61,740 bases of DNA from Gemmatimonadaceae bacterium (GCA_044224875.1 JBGAJQ010000024.1:1-61740); one strand, 5' to 3'. Numbered from the stretch's first letter, positions 19,465 through 30,553 are shown. Notes: generated by a model from the letters alone, not told the origin. Made by a program: numbers and translations.

Positions 19465-20445
19465 ATGCATCGTCATCAACGCGTTCTCGAGCTCTGTGCA
19501 GTTGCTGCGTTCACTTCGCTCGCTGCCTGTGCCGGTGAGAAGAAGGCCGAGAGCAATCCGCGGCTCGCCGCCGGTGAATACAAGTTGGCCGTACCGGGCG
19601 GGAACATCTGGTACAAGGTCAGCGGCGCGGGGACGGGCACTCCGGTGATCCTCCTCCACGGTGGCCCAGGATTCTCGTCCTTCTACTTGAAGCCCTTCGA
19701 GTCACTCGGCGATGACCGTGTCGTCGTCCGCTATGACCAGTTAGGCGGGGGAAAGTCGGACCGCATTTCCGACACCGCCATGTTCAACTTTGCCCACTTC
19801 GTGAACGAGCTGGATTCGCTGCGGGCCTACCTCGGTGTCGACAAGGTGCACATTCTCGGCCACTCATGGGGCACCATGCTCGGGTTGGAGTACTACCGTG
19901 CGCACCCGGAGCACGTGGCGTCGCTCCACTTTGCGAGTGCCGTGTTCGATGTGCCGGCTTATGCGGCGAGGGCGCGGGATCTGCTCAAGACGCTGGCCGA
20001 CTCCGACCAGAAGGCCGTTGCAGCTGCCGAAAAGGCGGGGAAGTTCGACTCCCCCGAGTACCAACGCGCCATTGGCGCGTTTTACGGGATGTATGTGTGG
20101 CGTCATCCGGTGCAGGCGGACCTGGACAGCACCATGTCGACCGTGAACGAGGCGATCTACAACTACATGCAGGGCCCGAGCGAGTTCACGATCACCGGCA
20201 CGTTCAAGGACTACAACGTTCGGGAGTTCTTGCCGTCGATCACAGTGCCGACGCTTTTCACAGTTGGGGAATTCGATGAGGTTGGGCCAGAGTTGATCAA
20301 GAGCTTTGCCGACAAGGTGCCGGGTGCGCAATACGCGGTGATGCCGGGGTCGGCGCACCTGACGCCGTGGGACGCGCCCCAGGAGTTGCTCAAAGTCACG
20401 CGGTCGTTCTTGCGATCGGCTGATTCGACGGCGGCGAAGAAATAG
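19465..20445 (+). CDS. Proline iminopeptidase-family alpha/beta hydrolase, lipoprotein
   Basis: LAAC lipobox; LLHGGPG, YDQLGGGKS, GHSWG nucleophile, YMQGPSEF, GEFDEV, SAHL. Confidence 0.88.
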   Translation: MHRHQRVLELCAVAAFTSLAACAGEKKAESNPRLAAGEYKLAVPGGNIWYKVSGAGTGTPVILLHGGPGFSSFYLKPFESLGDDRVVVRYDQLGGGKSDRISDTAMFNFAHFVNELDSLRAYLGVDKVHILGHSWGTMLGLEYYRAHPEHVASLHFASAVFDVPAYAARARDLLKTLADSDQKAVAAAEKAGKFDSPEYQRAIGAFYGMYVWRHPVQADLDSTMSTVNEAIYNYMQGPSEFTITGTFKDYNVREFLPSITVPTLFTVGEFDEVGPELIKSFADKVPGAQYAVMPGSAHLTPWDAPQELLKVTRSFLRSADSTAAKK

Positions 20446-20496
20446 CCGACCGGCAGTAGTTAGGGTTGATGTGGGACGTCGAGCGACGGGGAGGGT

Positions 20497-21925
20497 GTGA
20501 TGCAACGCAGCGTCGTCTGTTTGGCTGGCCTGTGCGTGTTGGGAGGGACCGTTGATTCGGTCGCGCTCAACGCCCAAGTCGGTGCGCGTCCGCGCGCAGT
20601 AGGGTCTCGGCGCGTCTCGATTCCGCGAACGTGGGATTCGAACGCCATCGCCGGCGTGATGTTGCCGCTGGCGGATCGATCGGCATCACCTGTACCCGTC
20701 TCGTCAGACTACTACTATCGCATGCCGGTGCGGCGCATCTATCGGAGTTACCCGATCTACGCCCCGGGACGTGAACCGCCGGGATACCTCGAGTCCCTCC
20801 GGCAAAAGCTCCCAGAAGTCGTCTTTGACGCGGGCGCACTCCGGACAGACGCAGACTGGGTTCGAGCTGGCGAGCTGGTGTTCGACGCGCCGATTGCCTT
20901 CGACAATGAGCCGCTGGAGATCGCTCGGTTCGACCTGGTGCGTGACACGGCGTGGTACCGGCAGACCGGTGTTTCGGTGACGCGCGATGGCATCATGCCG
21001 TACGCGCGCTACGTGATCAGGAAGACGGGAGTCGTCGAAGTCGGCAGCCTGGCGTGCTCCATGTGCCACACGCGCATCATGCCGGATGGATCGATGATCA
21101 AGGGAGCGCAGGGCAACTTCCCCTTCGACCGCGCCATCGCCGCGCTACTGAGGGGCCGAGTGGCGCGGACGCGCGATACACTGGCGGTACTGAATGAGGA
21201 ACGCGCCGCGCAGCGCATGCTGTTCGCGGCCCCCTGGCGTCGCCGACCGGCGTTACCTGGACCGCAGCGGCCTCGTACGGCATCGCGACGCGGGTGACGT
21301 CATGCGATATGCGGCGCTGAACCAGGATGCCGACCTGTTGTCGCGCTACGGCACCTTTCGCCCGATCGAGGTGCTTACCAACGAATTGCCCGACCCTTCG
21401 ACGCTGGTGCGATACAGCGACGAGCAGCTCTATGCGTTGGCGCGCTATGTGTACTCGTTGCGACCGCCAGCGAACCCGAATCCCTTCGACTCACTGGCGC
21501 GAAGGGGACGTGGGGTGTTCGAGCGGATGGAGTGCGGTCGTTGCCACACACCACCGCTCTACACCAACAACAAGCTGACGCCGGCCGCGGGCTTCGTGGT
21601 GCCTAACGAACACTTCGAGGCACTGGACATCGTGCCGTTGTCCGTCGGGACGGACCCGGCCCTCACGACACGCACCCGCCGTGGCACCGGGTACTACAAG
21701 GTGCCATCACTGCGGGGGGTGTGGTATCGTGGCCCCTTCGAGCACAACGGCTCCGTTGCCACATTGGAGGACTGGTTCAACCCGGCCCGCACGCGCGATG
21801 ACTACATCCCAACCGGCTATCGCGGCGTGGGAGTGACCACGCGGTCCGTGCCGGGTCACCGTTTTGGCCTGGACCTGTCCGAGGGTGACCGCCGAGCATT
21901 GCTCGCGTTTCTTCGAACATTGTGA
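20497..21925 (+). CDS. Secreted di-heme c-type cytochrome (bCcP/RoxA-like), split by a frameshift/deletion near 21235-21245
   Basis: CSMCH in ORF 20497..21297. CGRCH, VGTDP and YKVPSLRGVWYRGPFEHNGSVATLEDW in ORF 21194..21925. Confidence 0.75.
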
Positions 21926-21929
21926 GCTG

Positions 21930-23586
21930 TGGTGTGACCCAGACTCGATGGTGGTGACGCAGACGTCGAACACTTTGCCGCCGCGGTTGTTTGCGGTGCC
22001 CCGAAGTCGATTGCCGGGCAGTCAAACTCGCTTGCAGTGGCGGCGGAGTTCTCCGCCTGACCGACGGCGCGTGCTGCCGTGTCGTCGAGTGAGGTAACGC
22101 AGCCGTCATCGCAGTCTCCGCGGCTCAGGTTGCAGCGTGCACAGGTGTCGCTTCGCTCCGCGTTGCCCCCGGCGCAGCCGGACGAGCCGACGGCGCCCTT
22201 GTGCAAGCCAACAGCACGGGCCGCGCTGTTGCCGGTGCGCGTCTTGCGGTCGCCCGGCAAATCTGCGTTGCCGCTGATGCGGACTACCGAGCCGGCGGCG
22301 GAGCTGACGATGCCGGCGTTTCACATGTTATCATCGACGACGGCGGTGATTGAGCCGACGGTGTGAACCACCGAGCCGACGGTGCGAACAACCGAGCCGG
22401 CGGTGTGAACCACCGAGCCGGCGGTGTGAACCACCGAGCCGGCGGTGCGAACGGCCGAGCTGCCGATGCGTACTACCGAGCCGTCGATGCGAACGGCCGA
22501 GCCGCCGATGCGAACGACCGAGCTGCCGATGCGAACTACCGAGCCGCCGATGCGAACTACCAAGCCGCCGGTCGCCTGAAGCGAGCCAGCGGCGCGCGTG
22601 TTCGAGGTGGCGGCGGAACCAGCGCTGTCGGCGGCTGCGCTCGTCTTGCCGGCGGTGCAACGTGCGCAGCCGCTGTGGCGCGCGACGCACCTGACGTTGT
22701 CGGTGATCGAGCTGGCGGCACGGCTGGTTGACCCGTCGGCGCGGCCGGCGAAGCCGCCCGTGCGGCCTTCGCAGTCGACGGTGCGTTGTGCGAGGTCGTC
22801 GATGCGCCCGGCAAGGTCGAAGATGCGTGCGGCGAGGTCGTCGGTGCGCCCGTCGAAGTCTACGATGCGCCCGTCGAGGTCGTCGGTGCGCCCGGCGAGG
22901 TTGTCGATGTGCGCGGCGAGGTCGCCGTTGCCCTGTGCGCGATCGCCGTTGCGCCGTGCGCGGTCGGCGTTCGAACTGTCGGCGTGGCCGATGCGCGTGT
23001 GCAGGTGGCCTTTGCGCGTGTGCGACCCGTCGACGGCGCGATCGAAGAACCCGACGCACACTATCCGACGCATCGATGCGGTGTTTCGATGCCTTGTGTC
23101 ACCTCGCCGGTCAACGCATTGCGTCGCGCAACGTGAGTCGTCGCCCGCGTGGCGCGCGTGCGCCGCGTTGCGGCCGGCGTCGCCGTCGTCGACGGCGCCA
23201 TTGGCTCCGTTCCGATGACCGACGCGCGTCGTCCAGCCTCCGTGCGCGCCTTCGTGGTGGATCGACGATTCGCCTAGGCCACGGTACGGGCGATTGGAGT
23301 CGCGATTGTGCTTTGCTCGGCCGTCGCGTCGACCGGAGAACTCATGGTTCACTCCGGCTGACCCGATCGCTGCTCGGTTTCAGGCCACGCACCGTGTGAA
23401 CGAGCCCATGTTCGGTCCGTCGGGACGTGTGACGAGCGTCGTGCACTGCTGCCGCGCTGGTCGGGGCATCGGCTTGGAGAAATCACCACCCACTCGGCGT
23501 GCCGCGCGGCGGCATCGGTCAGGCCACCAAAGCATCGCGGGCGGAGACGTGTTTCTGTCGATCGCTGCCATCTGTGCGCAAAGCAC
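21930..23586. repeat. Degenerate 21-bp (heptad-coding) tandem array
   Basis: Clear units of gagccgncg(g/a)tg(c/t)gaacnacc at 22352-22570, and aggtcgtcg(g/a)tgcgcccgncg at about 22790-22930. Unit starts at 22100, 22184, 22289, 22352, 22751 and 23402 are all multiples of 21 apart. The outer limits are approximate. Confidence 0.8.
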
Positions 23587-24126
23587 CTACTCGGATCGCA
23601 GATCGCTGATAAATCCCCCCATCGCTCGGTTCGCGGTGAAAAGCAGAGTGGGTCCTTCGAACTCGGACGCGTCAGCCGGAGCTATTGTCAGGTTGCTGAG
23701 GCCGAACTGAAATTCTTGCGACAGCCGCGTTGCCTCCGCCGGGGTAAGACTCACTGATCCCGACGATCCTCGGACTATCACACGCACCTGGTCCTCATTG
23801 ACGCCCGCGGCCGAAGCCACTTCTGCAACTTCCTCGCCGAGAAATCCGGAGAGGCCAATGTCTGCGGCCTCGCTTGTTATGGACCACAGTGCAACGTGAA
23901 CCATGTCGAGGGCACCTATAGCTACTATTAGCACCGGCTTTTCGACGAGGGCAAGCCTGAGGCGCGCGCGCGCCCTAGACAGGGGCGCGCGTGACGGGAG
24001 CAAGACGATTTCGTTCCTCGATGGTGGGCCTCCAATCAAAGCGGAGTGCGCGAGGATCAACGCAGCCTCTGCTATGCGCAGGCTGCCCTCGTCAGTGCTC
24101 AGATCCTCGTCCGTTGATTCCATCAT
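23587..24126 (-). CDS. Hypothetical protein, putative immunity protein for RHS tip 4
   Basis: Starts about 10 nt after the stop of the 24136 cassette, with a GAGGA RBS. Its position is typical of rhsI genes. No recognisable motif. Confidence 0.6.
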   Translation of the reverse strand: MMESTDEDLSTDEGSLRIAEAALILAHSALIGGPPSRNEIVLLPSRAPLSRARARLRLALVEKPVLIVAIGALDMVHVALWSITSEAADIGLSGFLGEEVAEVASAAGVNEDQVRVIVRGSSGSVSLTPAEATRLSQEFQFGLSNLTIAPADASEFEGPTLLFTANRAMGGFISDLRSE

Positions 24127-24135
24127 GCTGTATCC

Positions 24136-25296
24136 TCACTGACCAAAGACGGTCCGCCTCGCGAGCGCGGCAAACGACGCGTCTGCACACTCCACTTGAG
24201 CCAGTCCGACATATCGCTGTGTTCCCTCAGCTGTCGTTGGCACGATGAGCATGCTGTAGACGCCAAGCTCCTGGAAGCCAAGCTGCGCGCCGTAGTAAGC
24301 CCTTCTCTTCGCCGTGCCTTGGTAGTTAGCGCGCAGTCCCCGGAACCAACCCGGTGCTTCCCATGCTCTGGTGCCTGAAGGACACCCATTGAGAACGGGG
24401 AGCCTACCGACAAAGAACGTCGTCCATGGGAAGTCCTGCTGCGAAAAGGAAGCCGGCATCGCCGGACCGGAACTCATCGGTCGAATGTCCGAACCGCAGA
24501 CAACTCCCCTCGCACACGAAACGAGGAGGTCCCAGATCCAAGGCGGAATGCTCTGCGCTCCCCAGATTACATAGTTATGCAGCTGTACCTTCTTCACGCA
24601 CTGCGCCGATCCGTCTGCGGCCGGTGTGTCCACGTATCCGTGATCGCGTTGATCAGGTGTGCACGGATCTAACCCGTCAGGATCATCTGAGTTCATCGGA
24701 TCCCCGCCCGCAAACAGATACCGATTCACCCCCGCACTCACGCCTAACGGGTCCGGACTCAGGAAGCGTTTCGTCAGCGGGTCATACCATCGCGCCCGCG
24801 CGTAGTACAGGTTCACCGGCGGCCCCTCGCCCAGGAGACCCTGCCAGCGCAGCCGCATCGTGTCCGGCATCACCAGGTTCACCGACCAGGTGCTCGTCAG
24901 CCCCCACGGATCCGACGACTTCTGCGACGCCAGCAATGCGCCATCCGTCCCCACCAGCCCCATCACGCTGCCCTGCGCATCCTGATAGAGCACCCGCACC
25001 CCTCGGCCCGTGATCGAATTGGTAATGAACGCCAGCGGTCGATCCGTCCCCGGCAGGTACGCGTACTCGCCGATCCGAGCATTCAGGGCCCCATTCAGCT
25101 CCAACGCGAAGTGCCCCTGGTCCCACAGGAAGTGCCGGTCCGGCGCGCCCGTCCGGCTCGTCCATTTCCGCACCAGCAGCCCGAATGCGTTGTAATCGTA
25201 GCGCACGTACTGGGCGGGTGTCCACACCGTCCAGAGCCCGTCCGGACTCCAGTAGTACTTCTTCGTCGTGGTTTCGCACGTCCTCCGCCACCACAA
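24136..25296 (-). CDS. rhs: Orphan RHS cassette (core C-terminus + variable tip 4)
   Basis: YYWSPDG...YDYNAFGLLVRKW, LYYARARWYDPLTKRFLSPDPLG, NRYLFAGGDPMNSDDPDGL, then a unique tip. The 5' end is degenerate. Confidence 0.85.
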   Translation of the reverse strand: MWWRRTCETTTKKYYWSPDGLWTVWTPAQYVRYDYNAFGLLVRKWTSRTGAPDRHFLWDQGHFALELNGALNARIGEYAYLPGTDRPLAFITNSITGRGVRVLYQDAQGSVMGLVGTDGALLASQKSSDPWGLTSTWSVNLVMPDTMRLRWQGLLGEGPPVNLYYARARWYDPLTKRFLSPDPLGVSAGVNRYLFAGGDPMNSDDPDGLDPCTPDQRDHGYVDTPAADGSAQCVKKVQLHNYVIWGAQSIPPWIWDLLVSCARGVVCGSDIRPMSSGPAMPASFSQQDFPWTTFFVGRLPVLNGCPSGTRAWEAPGWFRGLRANYQGTAKRRAYYGAQLGFQELGVYSMLIVPTTAEGTQRYVGLAQVECADASFAALARRTVFGQ

Positions 25297-25403
25297 GTAG
25301 CCGTCGGCGTCGTTCAGGGGGCGAGCCGCTCTACCAAGACGCAGTCCGGTCGTTGCCCACTACTCCGCCAAGTTCGTGAAGCCGCAATCGGCCAGTGCAG
25401 CCT

Positions 25404-25823
25404 TCACGTATCTGCACCCTCGGACGGTGAGGGAGGATCCTCCTTGAAGATTTCTCGCACAACGATCCCGCATGGTCCACCCAAGAGGAAGGAACCGATC
25501 ATCGTTACGACCAGGAGTGCCTCGCGATCTCCCAATCCGACCAGAGCGAGCGTCAACAGCCCACACGTTGGAACGCTGGCGATCACACCGATGACGAACG
25601 CCCGCACGCCTGTCTTCCCGAGCGGCCGCAAGAGGCCCCCGACCGCGCCTGTTGTAGCGCCCCCCAGAAAATATGCGGCCATGGTCGCCCAGTAGCTGAG
25701 TCCCTGTTGCCGGAACGCTGCGCCAGCGCTGACTACGTACACTGCCGTCGCAACGGCGGAGTATGCGATTGCGAACGTTACTCCGAGTCGAATACCCTCT
25801 CGGACCGAAGTCCAGGTCTTCAT
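25404..25823 (-). CDS. Multi-pass membrane protein, putative immunity protein for RHS tip 3
   Basis: ATG 25823 preceded by GGAGG. About four hydrophobic segments. Lies directly downstream of the 25859 RHS gene. Confidence 0.7.
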   Translation of the reverse strand: MKTWTSVREGIRLGVTFAIAYSAVATAVYVVSAGAAFRQQGLSYWATMAAYFLGGATTGAVGGLLRPLGKTGVRAFVIGVIASVPTCGLLTLALVGLGDREALLVVTMIGSFLLGGPCGIVVREIFKEDPPSPSEGADT

Positions 25824-25858
25824 CGCAGCTAGGGTCGCCCTCCGAAAGCCCGTTCGCA

Positions 25859-28800
25859 CTACTTGAAACATGACTGATACGCGTCACGCCCTGCGTCCAG
25901 GGTTGCGATGCCAGGTACGAAGCCGCCAACGAAGTCCCAGAACCCGTCCGAGAGAATCGGGGCAACGCCGAGATTGAACGCGGCCGTTCCCGACACTCCT
26001 GCTACGTTGGCAATATTACTTCGTGGCCTTCCGCTGGCTTCCCGAGATAGTCCGAGTTTGTTGTAGCTGCCCTTCGTTTTGCCCGGAGCCAATCCGAGGT
26101 AGTCGTATGCCCAAAGCCCGCCAACACGCCGCAGCACATCGAGCCCCCCAGCGCCTCGGGCCGCCTTCGCCACCAAGCCGACGCCAGCAAAGAAAGCGAT
26201 GTCGGTAGCTGCGCTTAACGTGACGTCGAATACCGCAGCCGCACACGCGTAACGGCGGTTTGTCGTTGGAGGAGGAGGAAGAGGCGCCGCCGGGCCAATC
26301 GATGGACCGCCTGGAGCGGCCGGACCGCCACCCGGTTCGAAACGACTCGTGCGAGTGTTCCAACATACGGTAACGTATTGAGGCGGTTCCTCTTCTTGGC
26401 GACCAAACGAACCGACGACCGTACCGTAGTTCACAAGCGCCCGGATGCAATCGCTTTCTAGGCCGGACGGATCCTTCTGATTCATCGGATCACCACTGGC
26501 GAACAGGTACCGATTCACTCCCGCCGCCACGCCTAACGGGTCCGGACTCAGGAACCGCTTCGTCACCGGGTCATACCACCGCGCCCGCGCGTAGTACAGG
26601 TTCGCCGGCGCCCGCTCCGCCATCAGCCCCTGCCACCCCAGCCGCATCGTATCCGGCATCACCAGCCCGACCGACCACGTGCTCGTCACGCCCCACGGAT
26701 CCGACGACTTCTGCGACGCCAGCAAGGTCCCATCCGTCCCCACCAGCCCCATCACACTCCCCTGTGCATCCTGGTAGAGCACGCGCACCCCACGGCCGGT
26801 GATCGAATTGGTAATGAACGCCAGCGGCCGATCCGTGCCCGGCAGGTAGGCGTACTCGCCGATCCGTGTATTGAGCGCGCCGTTCAGCTCCAACGCCAGG
26901 TGCCCCTGATCCCACAGGAAGTGCCGATCCGGGGTCGGCGCCGTGCGGCTCGTCCATTTCCGCACCAGCAAACCGAATGCGTTGTAGTCGTACCGCACGT
27001 ACTGCGTCGGCGTCACCACGCTGTCCAGGAGCCCGTCGGGGCTCCAGTAGTAGTTCGCGACGACCGCACCACTGGGGCTCACGGACTTGGTGATCACGTT
27101 GCCGTCGGCGTCCGTCGCGTACGAGAAGCCGGGCCACGTCACTATCCGATTGTTGCTGTACGTCGGCGTCCCGGTACCGCCATGGCCGGTGTTCGACACG
27201 ATGTTATCGACGCGGTCGAACGCCACCGAGTCCTTGAACTGCTGGGACACCTGCGTCGGAGCTGGCGAAGTACACCGCTTGACACCGAAGTCGCCGTTGG
27301 GGGGTGGATTGCACGGGCTATTCTGTGGGTACGCGAAGAACGTGTCCGCCGCGGCGACCAACCGCCCGCGACTGTCGTACCGATACGAGGTGACATAGTA
27401 GTTCAGGGCCCCGTCCGGGCGCATCGCCGAGGTGATTCGGCTCAACGAGTCCAGGAGCATGCCGCGACTGAGGGCATTGCCGATACCCGTTGGCGAGAAC
27501 TGGTTGGCGAAGTCGCGATGCGTGGTCGTCTGGTTGTCTGTCCGTTGCACGCCCCCCGGTTGGCTGAACAGCTGCGGCAGCAGTTCGCCATCGGGTTGCA
27601 AGGTGAAGCTGAACCCTTTCACCGTCGCGCCGGTGAGGGTGCCATTCGCCGCACTCCACGTGAACCCGCGTACCGTCGAATCGATCCCGGCGGCGGGCAC
27701 TACGCGGACCTGATCCAGACGTCCATTCGCATCCTTGCGGTACGAGATCCGGTACTTCTTGTTCACGTCCGTCCGGAATACCGTCACGACCGAGTCTACC
27801 CAGCCGGTCGCGTCCGTCCAGACCGTGTCCACACTGTGGTTGTTCTTCGCCGCCGTGAACCGCTGCCCTGGGAGCGTCGAAATCGAATAGGCGAACGTAT
27901 CCGCGCGCACCTTCGTGCTGCCGCGCCACGCCGCCACCACAGAGGGTCGAAGGAACGCGTCATACTGCGTGACGACCGAGTCGCCGCGCGCGTTCACCCA
28001 CCGCCTGACGAGTCCGCGATCGTCGTAGAAGTACTGCCGCTGTGAGCCGGCCGGGTCTGCCTCAGTCGTCACCGCGCCGTACGCGTTGCGCCCGATCGCA
28101 TTGCTCTGGGTCGAACCGCTGCTGGTCGCCGGACGGACATTCGTGAGGTACAGCGAATCGTAGTTGTACGTCACCGAGTCCTTGGTCGTGAGCGTTCCGT
28201 CCCGCACCCGCAACGTGTCGCGATTCATGAGGTCGTAGAACGACCGCTGCGCCGGTAGCGGCGCCGAACGAGCGACAGAGTCGCGCCCGTATCCGTCAAG
28301 GTCAACGTCGGTGATGTGATCTCCCTGACGCGCGGTGTGCACCAGCGTCCCATACGTGAGGTCATATCCCAAGTCCGTGGTATGCAGCAGTGGATCGACG
28401 ACTTGCTGAATGCGCTTGCGCGCGTCGTAGAAATAGTTGGTGGTGTACGACCCACCGATCGTCATCGACTGCACCAGGCCGCGTGACCCCGATTGGAGCG
28501 CATAGGTGGTGGCTGGTTGTCCGGTCGACGTCACGCTCGCGACTTGGCCGAACGCCTGATACCCGATGTCGACGGCGTTCTGCCCCTGCAGCGCCTGCTT
28601 GGTCAGCAATCCCGTCGTGTCACTAAAGATGTAGTGATCGGCAGCGCCTGTCGGACTCGTCACGGTGAAAGGCATTCCATTCCGATCCCTCGTTACTTGC
28701 GTCACCAGCGAGTCGGAGAAGCCTGGCCGCACGACACTGGCCAATGGCTGCCCCCAGATATCTGGCTTCAGCGCCGTCGTTAGGTTGCCGGGGGCCGTTG

Positions 28801-30145
28801 CCGAACCGCGGGCGGTATCGGCCCGAACCAAGGGAAACGGTGTTGTGGCTGTCGACACGACGGGAACCGCAATCGTCTGCCAGGGCCGAAACGTAGTGCT
28901 CAGTCGCCGTGTCTGGCCCGCCCCATAGACATTCGGATCTACCGCAAACGAGGGTGCGGCTACGCTCGTCAGCTTCCACGTCGCGGCGTCATAGGCGAAG
29001 AAGGATGTGTCGCCACGACGATTGATCAGCGTACCGAGGCGACCGCTCGCGTCATAACGAAGTCTGGTGTTCACGCCATCGGGGTCCGTCCACGATTGCA
29101 GTGTCCGATCCCCCGCGACGGAAACGCTTGTCACGCGCCCGCCGGTTTGGGTCTTTACCTGCCCCGGCTCGGTGATCGACTGCAGTCCGTTCGTTCCATA
29201 CGACAACTCGCTGTATAGGTGCACCAGCCCACCAGGATCAGTCCTGAATGGGTCATACACACGAATGAGCCGTCCACTCCCGTCGTACGCAAATTGCACG
29301 GTGTCGGCGAACGTCGGACTGACGATCGAAATTAGCCGGCCCTGTGCGTCAAACTCGGCGCGTGTCGAGTCCGGGTAGTTGCGGCGATACGCGACCGCGC
29401 CGCCGCCTGTCACGACTTCCAGACGCGTGAAGTCACCAGAAGGCGTGGCAAACGTCGAAGCGCCGCTCGATGCGAAGAACGCGAGGCTGCCGTCGCCGGC
29501 CGTGATGATCGCATGCTGTCCCGTGGAGCCGACGCGCGTGATGCGTTGCAACCCGGCGATGCTCCATCCCTTCGCTACGGGCGAGTTGCGCTCATTCACC
29601 ACGAGCACCCGGACGCTGATTGTGTCCACCTCGAAGTAGCCGAGTCCATAGTCAGTGCGCACGAACGCCGTGATCCGATGTTGCCCCGTGGGCCAGTTTC
29701 GGGCGACTGCATCGAATTGTGCGCCGAAGGTCGCCGCGGCTCCCGCGGACAGCCCGCCGGCAAATCGGAGCGTGGTTTCTCCGTTGACGAAGGTGATGGT
29801 CGCGCCCGCGCTGTCCTTGGCGCTGACCTGATATCCGGCGGTTGCTGGACCACCCGCGCCTACACTCGCCGTCAGCTGCGCCACGGGTCGGACGGCCAGC
29901 TGATCCCCATCATACACCAGGGTGATGCTGCGCGGTTGTCCCTGGGACACGTAGGGGACCGTACTCAGTGCCTGCCTCGCCGTGAAGCAGGCCGCCGCGC
30001 AGCGTGCGGCGATGTAGTTGCTGTCGGTGAGTCCAGCGCGGGCCAGCGTGACGAACTGGGGCGCCACCGTCAGGTTGTAGACACCGTTGGCGTTGTTGGC
30101 TCGACGCGCGATGAATTGACTAGGTCCTCCTTCTCCTGCGGCCAT
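25859..30145 (-). CDS. rhs: N-terminally truncated RHS/YD-repeat protein with variable tip 3
   Basis: YD repeats, RHS core motifs and DPMNQKDPSGL. It is paralogous to 32457..36630 but lacks the signal peptide and Ig-like repeats. Confidence 0.9.
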   Translation of the reverse strand: MAAGEGGPSQFIARRANNANGVYNLTVAPQFVTLARAGLTDSNYIAARCAAACFTARQALSTVPYVSQGQPRSITLVYDGDQLAVRPVAQLTASVGAGGPATAGYQVSAKDSAGATITFVNGETTLRFAGGLSAGAAATFGAQFDAVARNWPTGQHRITAFVRTDYGLGYFEVDTISVRVLVVNERNSPVAKGWSIAGLQRITRVGSTGQHAIITAGDGSLAFFASSGASTFATPSGDFTRLEVVTGGGAVAYRRNYPDSTRAEFDAQGRLISIVSPTFADTVQFAYDGSGRLIRVYDPFRTDPGGLVHLYSELSYGTNGLQSITEPGQVKTQTGGRVTSVSVAGDRTLQSWTDPDGVNTRLRYDASGRLGTLINRRGDTSFFAYDAATWKLTSVAAPSFAVDPNVYGAGQTRRLSTTFRPWQTIAVPVVSTATTPFPLVRADTARGSATAPGNLTTALKPDIWGQPLASVVRPGFSDSLVTQVTRDRNGMPFTVTSPTGAADHYIFSDTTGLLTKQALQGQNAVDIGYQAFGQVASVTSTGQPATTYALQSGSRGLVQSMTIGGSYTTNYFYDARKRIQQVVDPLLHTTDLGYDLTYGTLVHTARQGDHITDVDLDGYGRDSVARSAPLPAQRSFYDLMNRDTLRVRDGTLTTKDSVTYNYDSLYLTNVRPATSSGSTQSNAIGRNAYGAVTTEADPAGSQRQYFYDDRGLVRRWVNARGDSVVTQYDAFLRPSVVAAWRGSTKVRADTFAYSISTLPGQRFTAAKNNHSVDTVWTDATGWVDSVVTVFRTDVNKKYRISYRKDANGRLDQVRVVPAAGIDSTVRGFTWSAANGTLTGATVKGFSFTLQPDGELLPQLFSQPGGVQRTDNQTTTHRDFANQFSPTGIGNALSRGMLLDSLSRITSAMRPDGALNYYVTSYRYDSRGRLVAAADTFFAYPQNSPCNPPPNGDFGVKRCTSPAPTQVSQQFKDSVAFDRVDNIVSNTGHGGTGTPTYSNNRIVTWPGFSYATDADGNVITKSVSPSGAVVANYYWSPDGLLDSVVTPTQYVRYDYNAFGLLVRKWTSRTAPTPDRHFLWDQGHLALELNGALNTRIGEYAYLPGTDRPLAFITNSITGRGVRVLYQDAQGSVMGLVGTDGTLLASQKSSDPWGVTSTWSVGLVMPDTMRLGWQGLMAERAPANLYYARARWYDPVTKRFLSPDPLGVAAGVNRYLFASGDPMNQKDPSGLESDCIRALVNYGTVVGSFGRQEEEPPQYVTVCWNTRTSRFEPGGGPAAPGGPSIGPAAPLPPPPTTNRRYACAAAVFDVTLSAATDIAFFAGVGLVAKAARGAGGLDVLRRVGGLWAYDYLGLAPGKTKGSYNKLGLSREASGRPRSNIANVAGVSGTAAFNLGVAPILSDGFWDFVGGFVPGIATLDAGRDAYQSCFK

Positions 30146-30256
30146 CCGAAGTGCTGCGAGCAGCGTTCAAGTCGACCTTCCCCGTCGACGGATCGCCTCG
30201 GTAGGCCTAACGACGACCACTAGGACAAAGCCGCAATTCTCGCACTCGCCGAGTGC

Positions 30257-30517
30257 CTACTCAGGCTTCGTTTGGTCGACGACTCGTCCTCTATGATCGG
30301 AGCCCGAAGACTTTCGTGGTTCGTCCCTATGACCAGCGAGCATTCGTCCAAATGCGCCACCGAACGCCGCTATGCCCACGATAACGCCTAAGATTCCTGC
30401 CACCCCTCCGATGGGCTCGATCCATCGAAGTCCCTTCAGATGGGACGCTGCCGTGAGGAGCATTCCAGCCCCCAAAAGGCCGAATGCGAGGATTATTGGA
30501 CGTAGTGATCGCCACAT
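30257..30517 (-). CDS. Small two-TM protein, putative immunity protein for RHS tip 2
   Basis: Two hydrophobic helices. ATG lies about 37 nt after the TAA (30554) of the extended tip 2. Confidence 0.6.
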   Translation of the reverse strand: MWRSLRPIILAFGLLGAGMLLTAASHLKGLRWIEPIGGVAGILGVIVGIAAFGGAFGRMLAGHRDEPRKSSGSDHRGRVVDQTKPE

Positions 30518-30553
30518 GGGGGAGGCAGTAGTATTTTTTGTCGCGGGCGCCGA

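Noticed and set aside
22352..22570. Regular repeats resembling a CRISPR array
   Set aside because: The units are contiguous 21-mers with no unique spacers, and there are no cas genes in the window.
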